NCBI GenBank assembly: GCA_043802745.1
Contig: JAZDKU010000041.1
Coordinates: 1-43,160 of the forward strand
Reading direction: 5' to 3'
DNA: 43,160 nucleotides
Source of the DNA: a bacterium
Lineage (GTDB): Bacteria; Patescibacteriota; Minisyncoccia; Minisyncoccales; CG1-02-41-26
A program made the translations under genes and the position numbers. Each line of letters begins with the position of its first letter. The stretch's first letter is position 1. Under the pieces are notes generated by a model. It saw only the letters and a list, made by a program, of their open reading frames with translations. It did not search any database and was not told the origin of the DNA. Positions 1-8,035 of this stretch are shown one piece after another.

Positions 1-1803
1 GGCGCTTTATCTAACAGTGGGGAAAAGCTAGAATTAAAAGATCCGCAAGGCAATATTATTGATAGTATTGATTGTTCGGCTGGCTGGTTTGCTGGTGATA
101 ATTCTGCCTCAACTAGCCGAAAAACAATGGAAAGGAAAAGCACGGTTATTTCTGGCAATAGTATAAGCAACTGGGACGATAATAATGGCATTGTTATAAA
201 CGGATTAGATGCAAACAATAATCAAATTTTAGGAACGCCCAAAGCTCAAAATAGTGTTTTGGAAAATTTAACCCCAGAGCCGCCAAAAAACTTCATCCTT
301 AACCAAAGCCAAGACCGAAAAAATAGCGCGCTTTTAACTTGGGCCACTAGCACGGATTTAGATACATTAGCCAACCAGCTTTCTTATGTTATTTATTACT
401 CACGTTACTCAAAGCAGGTATTAGATGAACAAACAGCCACTTCTACCAATGTATTTACGCAAATAGCCACGACTTCAGCTACTTCTTTATTTTTGGAAAA
501 TTTAGAATTTGCTTCTGTTTACTATTTTACAGTTCGGGCTTTTGACGGCTTTGCTTATTCTGCCATTTCGTCTACCACGACTATGGCTACTCCCCTAGCT
601 CCAATTACAAATTTAATGGCAGTGCCTTCAACAGTGCGAGGAACAATAGATTTGTTTTGGGCTTGCCCTTATTTGAATGATTACAGCACAGGGGTACTTA
701 TAGACGCAGATAGTTATGTTATTAAAACAGATAGCCAGCCAATAACCACTAGCTCTTGGGACACAGCTCAAACGATTAGCCAAAATATCATACCAAAGCC
801 AGCGGGGGAGGTGGAGGTTTTAAATATCGGAAATTTGCCAACCGATACTAAAACATTTTTTGCTATTAAATATATCGGATTAAGTGGACAGGAATCTTTA
901 ATATCGGATAATGTATCGGCAATTGCTTGGAAGGGATTTAGAGATAATGGCAATGGCACCCTCACTGACTTGCGCACCAACTTAACTTGGCAAAAAAATG
1001 TCAATAGCGCTATAAATAATTTTGGGGCAAGCAGTACTCAAAACGAGGCAAATGCTTTTATAGCGGGGCAAAACAGTGAATGGCGCTTGGCAAATTTTAA
1101 GGAATTAGCCAGCTTGATTGAATACAAGCCAACATCTCCAAGTGTTTGGCCAGACTTTGAAAATATCTCGTCAGAAAGATATTGGGCCACAGGAACAAGA
1201 GATGTTGGGTCCAACGGCTTTGGTCAGCCGCATACCTACAACGGCTGGTATGCTGACTTTAGCAATGGCCAGATAAATAAAGATTATTTTGATGGTAGCC
1301 AATCCCAACTTTATCCATTTATGGCTGTGAAGGGAGATGCAATTCCCGGCGGTATGGAAAATGATGATTTTGATTTTGTTAATAACAATGACGGCACAGT
1401 AAATGACAATCGCACTGGCTTGATGTGGCTTAAAGCAGAGTTGGCTCAATTTGGCGATAATAGAAAAACATGGAACACGGCTTTTAGCTTTGCTAATAAT
1501 GCGGTTTTGTGCAACGACGGAACTTTACAGGGAACATACAACACGGCTGGGGATTGCTCAAGCCATGGCGGAACAAAGTATGATGACTTTAGATTGCCGA
1601 ATATCCAGGAAATGATGGAAGTAACTAAGCTGGGCAGCTCTGAAATTATACTTTGGCAGAGTGGGTATAGTTATTTTTATTGGAGCTCAACAATGCTTGA
1701 TGAAAATAATTTTTGGTTTGTGGGTGAGAGCTATAATACTGGGTGGGTGTTGCCTAATGGTAAAAACAACCAAGCCAATATCCAGCTGGTGCGTGACCCG
1801 TAA
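1..1803 (+). CDS. Surface protein, 5'-truncated: end of lamin-tail-like domain, FN3-like domains, two C-terminal DUF1566 (Lcl C-terminal-like) domains
   Basis: Frame 1 is open from base 1 (GALSNSGEKLELKDPQGNIIDSIDCSAGWFAGDN...TMERK...GTPKAQNS, LTD-like), so the ORF starts before the window. FN3-like YYFTVRAFDG. Two DUF1566-type units: DNGNGTLTDLRTNLTWQ...WRLANFKEL...YWA and NNDGTVNDNRTGLMW...FRLPNIQEM...YWSST...LVR. Confidence 0.8.
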   Translation, partial: GALSNSGEKLELKDPQGNIIDSIDCSAGWFAGDNSASTSRKTMERKSTVISGNSISNWDDNNGIVINGLDANNNQILGTPKAQNSVLENLTPEPPKNFILNQSQDRKNSALLTWATSTDLDTLANQLSYVIYYSRYSKQVLDEQTATSTNVFTQIATTSATSLFLENLEFASVYYFTVRAFDGFAYSAISSTTTMATPLAPITNLMAVPSTVRGTIDLFWACPYLNDYSTGVLIDADSYVIKTDSQPITTSSWDTAQTISQNIIPKPAGEVEVLNIGNLPTDTKTFFAIKYIGLSGQESLISDNVSAIAWKGFRDNGNGTLTDLRTNLTWQKNVNSAINNFGASSTQNEANAFIAGQNSEWRLANFKELASLIEYKPTSPSVWPDFENISSERYWATGTRDVGSNGFGQPHTYNGWYADFSNGQINKDYFDGSQSQLYPFMAVKGDAIPGGMENDDFDFVNNNDGTVNDNRTGLMWLKAELAQFGDNRKTWNTAFSFANNAVLCNDGTLQGTYNTAGDCSSHGGTKYDDFRLPNIQEMMEVTKLGSSEIILWQSGYSYFYWSSTMLDENNFWFVGESYNTGWVLPNGKNNQANIQLVRDP

Positions 1804-1829
1804 AATACAGAATTTTAAGCAATTAAAAA

Positions 1830-1905
1830 GAGAGGCAGTCTGAATATATTTTGTGTTTTATCGCTAGCAATTAGGATAAAATTTTGGGAGAGAAATCTGC
1901 CTCTC
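1830..1905 (+). other. Long irregular hairpin A
   Basis: GAGAGGCAG (1830-1838) pairs with CTGCCTCTC (1897-1905); inner TTTTATC.../...GATAAAA stem. Confidence 0.45.
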
Positions 1906-1949
1906 ATGGTATGGCTTTAGTATACTATATTTATATAAAGAAAGAAAGG

Positions 1950-2074
1950 AGAAAGGCGGTAATTATCAAGCCATAAACTCGTCTTTTGCCTTCGCGGGGG
2001 GTTGAGGGGCGTACGGGGGGAGGTTTCTGATTTTTTATGTGGGGTTTTTGGAAGGTTAACCAAACCGCCTTTCT
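1950..2074 (+). ncRNA. Candidate structured RNA (hairpin B)
   Basis: AGAAAGGCGGT (1950-1960) pairs perfectly with ACCGCCTTTCT (2064-2074). G-rich interior is compatible with G-U-rich inner stems. TATACT (-10-like) at 1921-1926 upstream. Confidence 0.35.
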
Positions 2075-2149
2075 ATATAATTTATTTTTAGCATACTTTT
2101 TAACAGAGAGCAATTTTAATGTTCAGGCTATATGGACGTATACACACAA

Positions 2150-2200
2150 TTGACAAAAACAGAGTTTTTGCTAAGGTATGGTTAAATTGCAATATTGCAA
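2150..2200 (+). promoter_or_regulatory. Sigma70-type promoter with two overlapping palindromes (putative operators)
   Basis: TTGACA 2150-2155, 16-nt spacer, TG-C-TAAGGT 2169-2177. CAAAAAC-AGA-GTTTTTG spans the spacer (2154-2170). Perfect palindrome TTGCAATATTGCAA at 2187-2200. Confidence 0.55.
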
Positions 2201-2321
2201 AAGAGGGGTAGGGGTTGTAGGTGGATAGCTAGTATTTTTCTCCAAAGTTCTTACTAGCGACCCAACCAAGCCTATAATTCTTACCCCTATTATTTTCCCT
2301 TCTAAAAAGGGTTTTATTTTT
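2184..2321 (+). ncRNA. Candidate sRNA (hairpin C plus weak intrinsic terminator)
   Basis: 19 consecutive pairs (5 G-U) between 2204-2222 and 2270-2288. Inner GCTAGTA/TACTAGC stem. CCCTT-CTAAA-AAGGG plus T-run at 2297-2321. Confidence 0.45.
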
Positions 2322-2331
2322 ATATTAGTTG

Positions 2332-2346
2332 TGATAAGATTTAAAA
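2332..2346 (+). promoter_or_regulatory. Extended -10 promoter, probable leaderless start
   Basis: TG-A-TAAGAT (2332-2340) lies 6 nt before ATG 2347; no SD. Confidence 0.45.
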
Positions 2347-2895
2347 ATGTTTTTACAGAGCCATATTATAAAGCTCACAATGGCTGTTTATAAAGTGAGC
2401 GATTTTTTTCCAGAAAGAGAGCCATTGAAAGTTTTGATAAAACAAAAAGCTGATGAAATTTTAGCTGGTTTGATATTGCAAGAAAAAGATATAGAAAAGC
2501 ATATTGAGGTGATGAGGGCGTATATTGAGCTCTCTTGTAATTTAGGCTTGGCTAAAAAAGAATATCTTGAGGTTTTGGGAAAAGAATATGGTCTAATAGC
2601 AGATAACTTGAAAGTGGAGAAAAAGGAAGAACCCATCTCCGCTCCTGTGGAGCTTCGGCGTGGCAAGGAAGAGGCTAAAGTAGAAGTTGTGCTGAATGGT
2701 CGGCACAGAAAAATTATTGATATTTTGAAAAAGGGCAAACCAATTCAGGTTAAGGATTTAAAAAACACTTTTCCAAATATTAGCAAGAGAACATTAAGAA
2801 GAGATTTTGAGTATTTACTAGACAAGGGCCTGGTGGATAGGATCGGCAATAATAATAATACAGAGTATAAATTAAAATCAGCTAGGACACAGTAG
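2347..2895 (+). CDS. DeoR-type winged-helix regulator with N-terminal helical-bundle domain
   Basis: C-terminal LNGRHRKIIDILK...VKDLKNTFPNISKRTLRRDFEYLLDKGLV is a DeoR-like HTH. The N-terminus (LTMAVYKVSDFFPEREPLK) resembles four-helix-bundle proteins. Confidence 0.75.
   Translation: MFLQSHIIKLTMAVYKVSDFFPEREPLKVLIKQKADEILAGLILQEKDIEKHIEVMRAYIELSCNLGLAKKEYLEVLGKEYGLIADNLKVEKKEEPISAPVELRRGKEEAKVEVVLNGRHRKIIDILKKGKPIQVKDLKNTFPNISKRTLRRDFEYLLDKGLVDRIGNNNNTEYKLKSARTQ
2633..2668. repeat. GC-rich REP-like imperfect palindrome translated in-frame in the regulator linker
   Basis: CCATCTCCGCTCCTGTGGAGCTTCGGCGTGGCAAGG with a GCTCC/GGAGC core encodes PISAPVELRRGK inside AT-rich, Lys/Glu-rich linker DNA. 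Confidence 0.45.
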
Positions 2896-2910
2896 GACAT
2901 AACTAGGACA
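2883..2910 (+). promoter_or_regulatory. Three helically phased TAGGACA direct repeats
   Basis: TAGGACA at 2883, 2893 and 2904 (10- and 11-bp spacing), spanning the regulator stop codon and ending 16 bp before the sigma gene start. Confidence 0.6.
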
Positions 2911-2926
2911 TTGCTTTATTACAAAT

Positions 2927-3409
2927 ATGACCACCCCAGAAAATAAAAAATTTGCTAAAATTTACGATAAACATATAGATAAAATCTACAGGTTTATCTT
3001 TTTAAAGACAGGCGCAAAAGAGGTGGCCGAGGACATTACCAGCCAGGTTTTTACTAAGGGCTGGAGAAAGTTTAAGTTGCAGGGCGCTGACATAAATAAT
3101 ATGTCCGCATATCTTTTTCAGATCGCCCGAGCTGAAGTGGCCAACCATTATCGAGAAGCAAGCAAGTTTCAAATTGTGTCTGCTGAAGCGGTTGAGATTG
3201 TGGATACAAAAAATGATCTTGTTGGTCAAGACATAAAAGACGTTTTAAGGGGCGTGGATGATGAGCTGCAAGATATTATAATTTGGCATTATGTGGAGGG
3301 TATGAGTTTTAAAGAAATTGGCAAGCTATTAAATAAGCCAGAAGGCACAGTGCGAGTAATGGCGCATAGAGCGCTGAAGGAACTTCGCGAAAAAATGGCG
3401 AAGATTTAA
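2927..3409 (+). CDS. ECF (sigma-70 group 4) RNA polymerase sigma factor
   Basis: Region 2: IYRFIFLKTG..EVAEDITSQVFTKGW..AYLFQIAR. Region 4: HYVEGMSFKEIGKLLNKPEGTVRVMAHRALKELR. Confidence 0.92.
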   Translation: MTTPENKKFAKIYDKHIDKIYRFIFLKTGAKEVAEDITSQVFTKGWRKFKLQGADINNMSAYLFQIARAEVANHYREASKFQIVSAEAVEIVDTKNDLVGQDIKDVLRGVDDELQDIIIWHYVEGMSFKEIGKLLNKPEGTVRVMAHRALKELREKMAKI

Positions 3410-3416
3410 GCTGGGA

Positions 3417-3456
3417 CGACCCCACCCCTCGGCTTTGGGGCCGAGGAGTGGGGTCG
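3417..3456. repeat. REP-like palindrome family A, copy 1
   Basis: CGACCCCACCCCTCGGC-TTTGGG-GCCGAGGAGTGGGGTCG. Confidence 0.9.
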
Positions 3457-3463
3457 GGAGACT

Positions 3464-3493
3464 TGTAACGAAATACCCTGTTTTTGCGTCATA
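3464..3493 (+). promoter_or_regulatory. ECF-type promoter upstream of the anti-sigma candidate
   Basis: TGTAAC (3464-3469), 17 nt, CGTC-ATA (3487-3493); matches the general ECF AAC/CGT consensus. Confidence 0.65.
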
Positions 3494-3506
3494 ATAATAA
3501 GCATCT

Positions 3507-4217
3507 ATGATAGACAAGCAAATTATCTCACAATTAAAAGGGTTAAAAGCAATAAAGCCAGGCAAGGACTGGGCTATTTTAGTTAAAAAGGATTTCTTGG
3601 CTGAACCGATTGAATTACAAAATATTCAAGAAAAAGTTAGCTTTGGAGAAGCAATTTTTTCTTTCTTTGCTAAGCCAGCTTTTGTGGTGGGGTCGGTTGT
3701 TATGGTTGGTTTGATTATTATGGGATCTTTTGCTTATTTTGGCTTGCAAAAAAAGAATTATGATTTGCAGGCATATGTGGATAGCTTTGCCCCGCAAACA
3801 GAAGAAAACAAACAAGCGATTGCTGGCCTAGAAGATGTTAAAAATAAAATGGATGAAGTAAAAACAGCTTTGGTTGCTTTAAAAACAAGCAATGACCCGA
3901 AAAAAGTTTTAGTAGTAACAGGGGTTGTAAAGAACACAGTTAAAAATAGTCAAATAGCCATAGACCAAATTAAAAGTTCCAATACTGATTTGTCAAAGCA
4001 GGCTTTGGCAAGTTTGGGTAAAATAAAAGAAAGCTCGCAAGAAATAGAAAAAACTAGCGTTGACATGCAAGTGGAAATGTTTAAAACATATTTGGCTGAA
4101 TTAAAAACAAAAACTTTAAACGAACAAGATCAATCAAGATTAAACGAAGCAGAAAAATGTTTTGATCAAGGTAACATAGAAAATGCCATTCTTTTGCTTG
4201 TGAGAATAGGACAATAA
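3507..4217 (+). CDS. Single-pass membrane protein, putative anti-sigma factor
   Basis: Short N-terminal cytoplasmic part (LKGLKAIKPGKDW), one hydrophobic segment (AFVVGSVVMVGLIIMGSFAYFGL), helical coiled-coil C-terminus. Directly follows the ECF sigma gene. Confidence 0.6.
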   Translation: MIDKQIISQLKGLKAIKPGKDWAILVKKDFLAEPIELQNIQEKVSFGEAIFSFFAKPAFVVGSVVMVGLIIMGSFAYFGLQKKNYDLQAYVDSFAPQTEENKQAIAGLEDVKNKMDEVKTALVALKTSNDPKKVLVVTGVVKNTVKNSQIAIDQIKSSNTDLSKQALASLGKIKESSQEIEKTSVDMQVEMFKTYLAELKTKTLNEQDQSRLNEAEKCFDQGNIENAILLLVRIGQ

Positions 4218-4226
4218 TAAACAACA

Positions 4227-4266
4227 CGACCCCACCCCTCGGCTTTTTGGCCGAGGAGTGGGGTCG
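4227..4266. repeat. REP-like palindrome family A, copy 2
   Basis: CGACCCCACCCCTCGGC-TTTTTG-GCCGAGGAGTGGGGTCG. Confidence 0.9.
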
Positions 4267-4306
4267 TTGAAAGACTTCCTTAAAGGTCGAGAAAAAATAA
4301 AAAACA

Positions 4307-4337
4307 CCCCAGTAGTAGAGCATAGCTCACTACGGGG
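4307..4337. repeat. Bulged GC-rich hairpin in the 5' leader of the S-layer-like gene
   Basis: CCCC-A-GTAGT-A-GAGC-ATA-GCTC-ACTAC-GGGG, ending 17 nt before ATG 4355. Confidence 0.55.
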
Positions 4338-4354
4338 CAAGAAAAAATAAAAAA

Positions 4355-7300
4355 ATGAGTAAAATAGCAAAGAAATTCGCAACAATTGCTACAATTATTA
4401 CAGTTGTAGCTATGGTTGTTGGACCTGTTGCTCCAGCTCAAGCTTTGGACTCAGCTGATTTGCAAGCGCAAGTTGCTGCCTTACAGGCTCAATTAGCGAG
4501 TTTGACATCTCAATTGAGCACAGTTCAAAACACTCCGTCTGGAACAACCGGCATTCCTGCTGTTTGCGCTGGCATATCCTTTAATAGGAATATCGCCAGA
4601 AATTCAGTGGGCGCTGATGTAAAATGTTTACAAGCATTGTTAAATCAATTAAATGTAAACGTGGCTGATACTGGCGCTGGCTCTCCCGGACACGAAACAA
4701 CCTTTTTCGGCGGAGCAACCAGAGCAGCTGTGATTAGATTTCAGGAATTGTATAAAGCCGAATGTTTAACTCCAATCGGATTAACTTTAGGAACCGGCTT
4801 TGTTGGCACCTTAACCCGAGCTAAATTAAATGGTTTATTGGTTGGAGGAATAGCTGCAACATTTCCTGCAGGATGCACTTCAGCTTCAGGATACAGCACA
4901 GTAACAGGTTTATCTTGCGCCACTGGCGCAGTAACTCCTCCTGTGTTACCAGCTGGATGCACTTCAAGTGCAGGCTACAGCCCAACCACAGGACAATCCT
5001 GCGCAACTGGCGCAGTAACTCCTCCTGTTGTTGTTACTGGCGTTGTCACAGCTTCCTTAGCAAGCGACAATCCAGTTTCGGCTTCAATCGTATCTGATGC
5101 TGGCGGTTCTCAATCAATAATCCCAATGCTTAAAGTTAATTTAAGCAATGGCACAGCCAGTGAAATAAAAGTAACCTCGTTGAAATTTTTGAGAAGTGGT
5201 ATTTCCGCTGATTCTGATCTTTCTCAGGCCTACATTTATGATGGCGACACAAAGTTAGCTGAATATAACTCTTTCTCTTCATCTGTTTTAACTTTCACTA
5301 ATTCAGCTGGCGTTGTGATAATTCCAGCCAATAGCGTTAAAACAATTACCTTGAAAGTTGATTTGGCTAATGGAACAGCTGCTGGCAAAACAATTAATTT
5401 TAGCATTAATGCTGCCACAGACATTGTTTCCAACGCAAGTTCGGTTGGGGGCGTATTCCCAATTACTGGCAACAATATGTCAACTGCATTGGTAACTGAC
5501 TTGGGTGAATTGGATGTGACCATGGTCGCTACTCCAGCAACCCCAGATCCAGGTGTTGGCGTTGAAGTGTTTAAATTCACTTTGGCTGACACTAACCAAA
5601 AGATTGAATTAAGAAGGCTTGTCTTCAGTAATATTGGCACTGTTGCTTATACTGATTTAGCCAACTTCCAATTACTTGATGGAGCTACCCCAGTTGGTTC
5701 AATTGTAGCTTCAGCCAATAGCGACAAGACCGTTGTTATGGATTTAGCAACACCTTTGGTGATTGATAAAGGCATAACTAAGACAATGACCTTGAAAGCT
5801 GATGTAGTGGCTGGAACAGCCAGAACCTACAGGTTTAGCTTTCAGAATATGAGTGATGTTGTGGCTTATGATGCTCAATATAAAGTTTTCATTAAGCCAA
5901 ACCAGTCTGATTCATGGACAATCGTGAACGGCACTGAAGCAACCATTCAATCTGGTAAGGTTACTGTTTCAAGATCAACCGATTCTCCACAGGGCAATAT
6001 TTCGTCTTTGGCAACTAATGTTGTTTTAGCGAAATATAAAATAAAAGCCAGCGGAGAAGATGTTAAAATCTCTGACTTGACTTTAAAGATTTATGGCACT
6101 ATTGCTGCTGTTGGTATGTACCAAACAGCTATTTATTATGATGGTAGCCAAATTGGGCAAACAACCACTACAATGAATTCTGGCTCAGCAGCCGCAAATA
6201 CTGGAGGTACAACCTTTAGCTTTGGCAATACTTTTGTCCTCCCAGCAGGCGTTGAAAAAGTGATAGAAATTAGATCTGATGTTAAGACATCAGCCGGTGG
6301 AACAATTACATCTGGTTCAACCTTAACAGGTCAAATTTCTGCTTTCACCGCCACTGGCAAGACATCAGCTGCTACTGTAACAATTGGCTCAGTGACTGGT
6401 TATCAATTAACCGTTTCTGCTGGCACAATGGCAGTAACAAAGAATCAGGCCGTTCCTTCTTGGACAGCAACTTATCCAACTGGCGTGGCCGGAGGTGTTA
6501 ATGTTTTGATTGGTTCATTTATTCTTACAGCTGGTTCCGGTGAGGGAGCAAACATTACTGGCATTTCAGCCCAGATTGCTTCAACCTCGGTTCCTGGCAC
6601 AGCAAACACAGAATTCCAAAATGTAAGAATTTTTAAGGGTACTTATGCAAGCGGTGTTCAGCTTGGTTCTGCCTTAAATAGTGGCGGAACTCCAACTGCA
6701 AGCACTACTTACACTGTATATCCAAGCCCATACCTTGCTTTGGCAAAAGCCGAGTCAGTTACTTTAAATGTCTATGCTGACATTTTAACTGGCGCTGATA
6801 CAAACAACATTAGGCAGGTTGTTATTGGTCCGGTCTATGGCACAGGATTAATAACTAATACTTCTATTGACAGTTCTGGCTGGGTTTCTGGCCAAGACGC
6901 AGTTGTTTCGGCTGGTGGCTATGTAGGCGCAGCTATTGACGTAGGTACTCCGGTCGCTAGCTTAGTGGTAGCTGGTTCAACAGGTGTTGAATTTGCCAAA
7001 TGGAAATTATCGGCAAGTTCCTCGCCAGAAGCTATGAGTGTTACTGGCTTAATTGCTACAACTACTTTGACCACAGCTACTGTTAGCTCTGTGTCAAACC
7101 TTGTTTTGTCTGCCACTATTGATGGCGTGGCAAGTTCTTGGACAGGCGTTACTTTAACTGGCTTAGCGGCAAATGAGAGAGCTGACTTCGGCAGTTTAAT
7201 GACTGTTAACCCATTGGTTATTCCAGCTGGAAAAGAAGCTGTTGTTACTTTGAAAGCGGATGTTGCCAGCTGGCCAACAGCCCCATCCGGAGGAGTTGTT

Positions 7301-7981
7301 ACTTTTGCCTTAGCAAGCACAACTTGGAAGGGTGAAGGTGATCCAACCTCGGTGACAGTTTATGCTGTGGGTAATGCTCAAACACTTTACAAGAGCAAGC
7401 CAACAGTTACTTTAACTGCTCAACCACTTCCTGGAGGCACATTCTCTGATGGCACACAAACCTTGATTAAATTCAGGATAGCGGCTGACGCAAAAGGCGC
7501 TATTGACTTGCAAAGAGTTAATATAAAAGTTGCAGTTAATGACATTGCCACCACAACAAGCAACTTGTCTATTCAAGACATTAGCTTGTATGAAGTTGGC
7601 GACACCACTGTATTGAATGATAGGGTTAGTATAAATGCAACAGCTACAGCGGCGTATACTGATTACTCAGCAAGCTCAACTGTGGCTGACTCCATATTTG
7701 GCGGCGCTTTAACTGGCGACCCATTATCAAAGACAGGTAATATATTGTTAACAAATAACGATGGATCTGCTTTGACACAAATTGGAGCAGGCAGTTATGT
7801 TGACTTTGAAGTAAAAGCAACTATTGCAGGTTCTGCTCAATACGATACTATGACCTTTAGTTTGGATGATCTTAGCGCTGCAGAAGATAATGCTATTAAG
7901 TGGGGTGATACTATTACTAGTGTTATTCCTTCTACTTCTGTGAAGACAATACCAACTAATACTTGGTCATATACTAGATAG
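4355..7981 (+). CDS. Large secreted S-layer-like surface protein (signal peptide, coiled coil, PG-binding-like domain, Cys repeats, tandem beta-rich domains)
   Basis: Signal peptide ending PAQA; LQAQVAALQAQLASL coil; GADVKCLQALLN...FFGGATRAAVIRFQE...GTGFVGTLTRAKLN (PG_binding_1-like); Thr/Ala/Ser/Val-rich body; aromatic C-terminal strand. Confidence 0.7.
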   Translation: MSKIAKKFATIATIITVVAMVVGPVAPAQALDSADLQAQVAALQAQLASLTSQLSTVQNTPSGTTGIPAVCAGISFNRNIARNSVGADVKCLQALLNQLNVNVADTGAGSPGHETTFFGGATRAAVIRFQELYKAECLTPIGLTLGTGFVGTLTRAKLNGLLVGGIAATFPAGCTSASGYSTVTGLSCATGAVTPPVLPAGCTSSAGYSPTTGQSCATGAVTPPVVVTGVVTASLASDNPVSASIVSDAGGSQSIIPMLKVNLSNGTASEIKVTSLKFLRSGISADSDLSQAYIYDGDTKLAEYNSFSSSVLTFTNSAGVVIIPANSVKTITLKVDLANGTAAGKTINFSINAATDIVSNASSVGGVFPITGNNMSTALVTDLGELDVTMVATPATPDPGVGVEVFKFTLADTNQKIELRRLVFSNIGTVAYTDLANFQLLDGATPVGSIVASANSDKTVVMDLATPLVIDKGITKTMTLKADVVAGTARTYRFSFQNMSDVVAYDAQYKVFIKPNQSDSWTIVNGTEATIQSGKVTVSRSTDSPQGNISSLATNVVLAKYKIKASGEDVKISDLTLKIYGTIAAVGMYQTAIYYDGSQIGQTTTTMNSGSAAANTGGTTFSFGNTFVLPAGVEKVIEIRSDVKTSAGGTITSGSTLTGQISAFTATGKTSAATVTIGSVTGYQLTVSAGTMAVTKNQAVPSWTATYPTGVAGGVNVLIGSFILTAGSGEGANITGISAQIASTSVPGTANTEFQNVRIFKGTYASGVQLGSALNSGGTPTASTTYTVYPSPYLALAKAESVTLNVYADILTGADTNNIRQVVIGPVYGTGLITNTSIDSSGWVSGQDAVVSAGGYVGAAIDVGTPVASLVVAGSTGVEFAKWKLSASSSPEAMSVTGLIATTTLTTATVSSVSNLVLSATIDGVASSWTGVTLTGLAANERADFGSLMTVNPLVIPAGKEAVVTLKADVASWPTAPSGGVVTFALASTTWKGEGDPTSVTVYAVGNAQTLYKSKPTVTLTAQPLPGGTFSDGTQTLIKFRIAADAKGAIDLQRVNIKVAVNDIATTTSNLSIQDISLYEVGDTTVLNDRVSINATATAAYTDYSASSTVADSIFGGALTGDPLSKTGNILLTNNDGSALTQIGAGSYVDFEVKATIAGSAQYDTMTFSLDDLSAAEDNAIKWGDTITSVIPSTSVKTIPTNTWSYTR
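4865..5029 (+). repeat. Tandem 84-bp (28-aa) Cys-pair repeat
   Basis: PAGCTSASGYSTVTGLSCATGAVTPPV / PAGCTSSAGYSPTTGQSCATGAVTPPV. Confidence 0.85.
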
Positions 7982-7998
7982 AAAAGATAGAGCGAACG

Positions 7999-8028
7999 AA
8001 ACCCCTCCGCCTTTGGCGGAGGGGTTTT
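7999..8028 (+). terminator. Intrinsic terminator of the S-layer-like gene
   Basis: AAACCCCTCCGCC-TTT-GGCGGAGGGGTTTT followed by GTGTT, 17 nt after the stop. Confidence 0.75.
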
Positions 8029-8035
8029 GTGTTGG

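Noticed and set aside
1931-2113. 60-aa minus-strand ORF
   Set aside because: Low-complexity Pro/Lys translation of the G-rich hairpin; no recognisable motif.
1804-2346. tRNA, SRP RNA or a known riboswitch in the long intergenic region
   Set aside because: No T-loop GTTCRA or cloverleaf, no SRP GGAA-loop motif, and no riboswitch consensus that I could recognise by eye.
1-2895. Diversity-generating retroelement (DUF1566 target plus helical-bundle Avd-like protein)
   Set aside because: No reverse transcriptase and no TR/VR pair visible. The helical-bundle protein carries a DeoR-type HTH.
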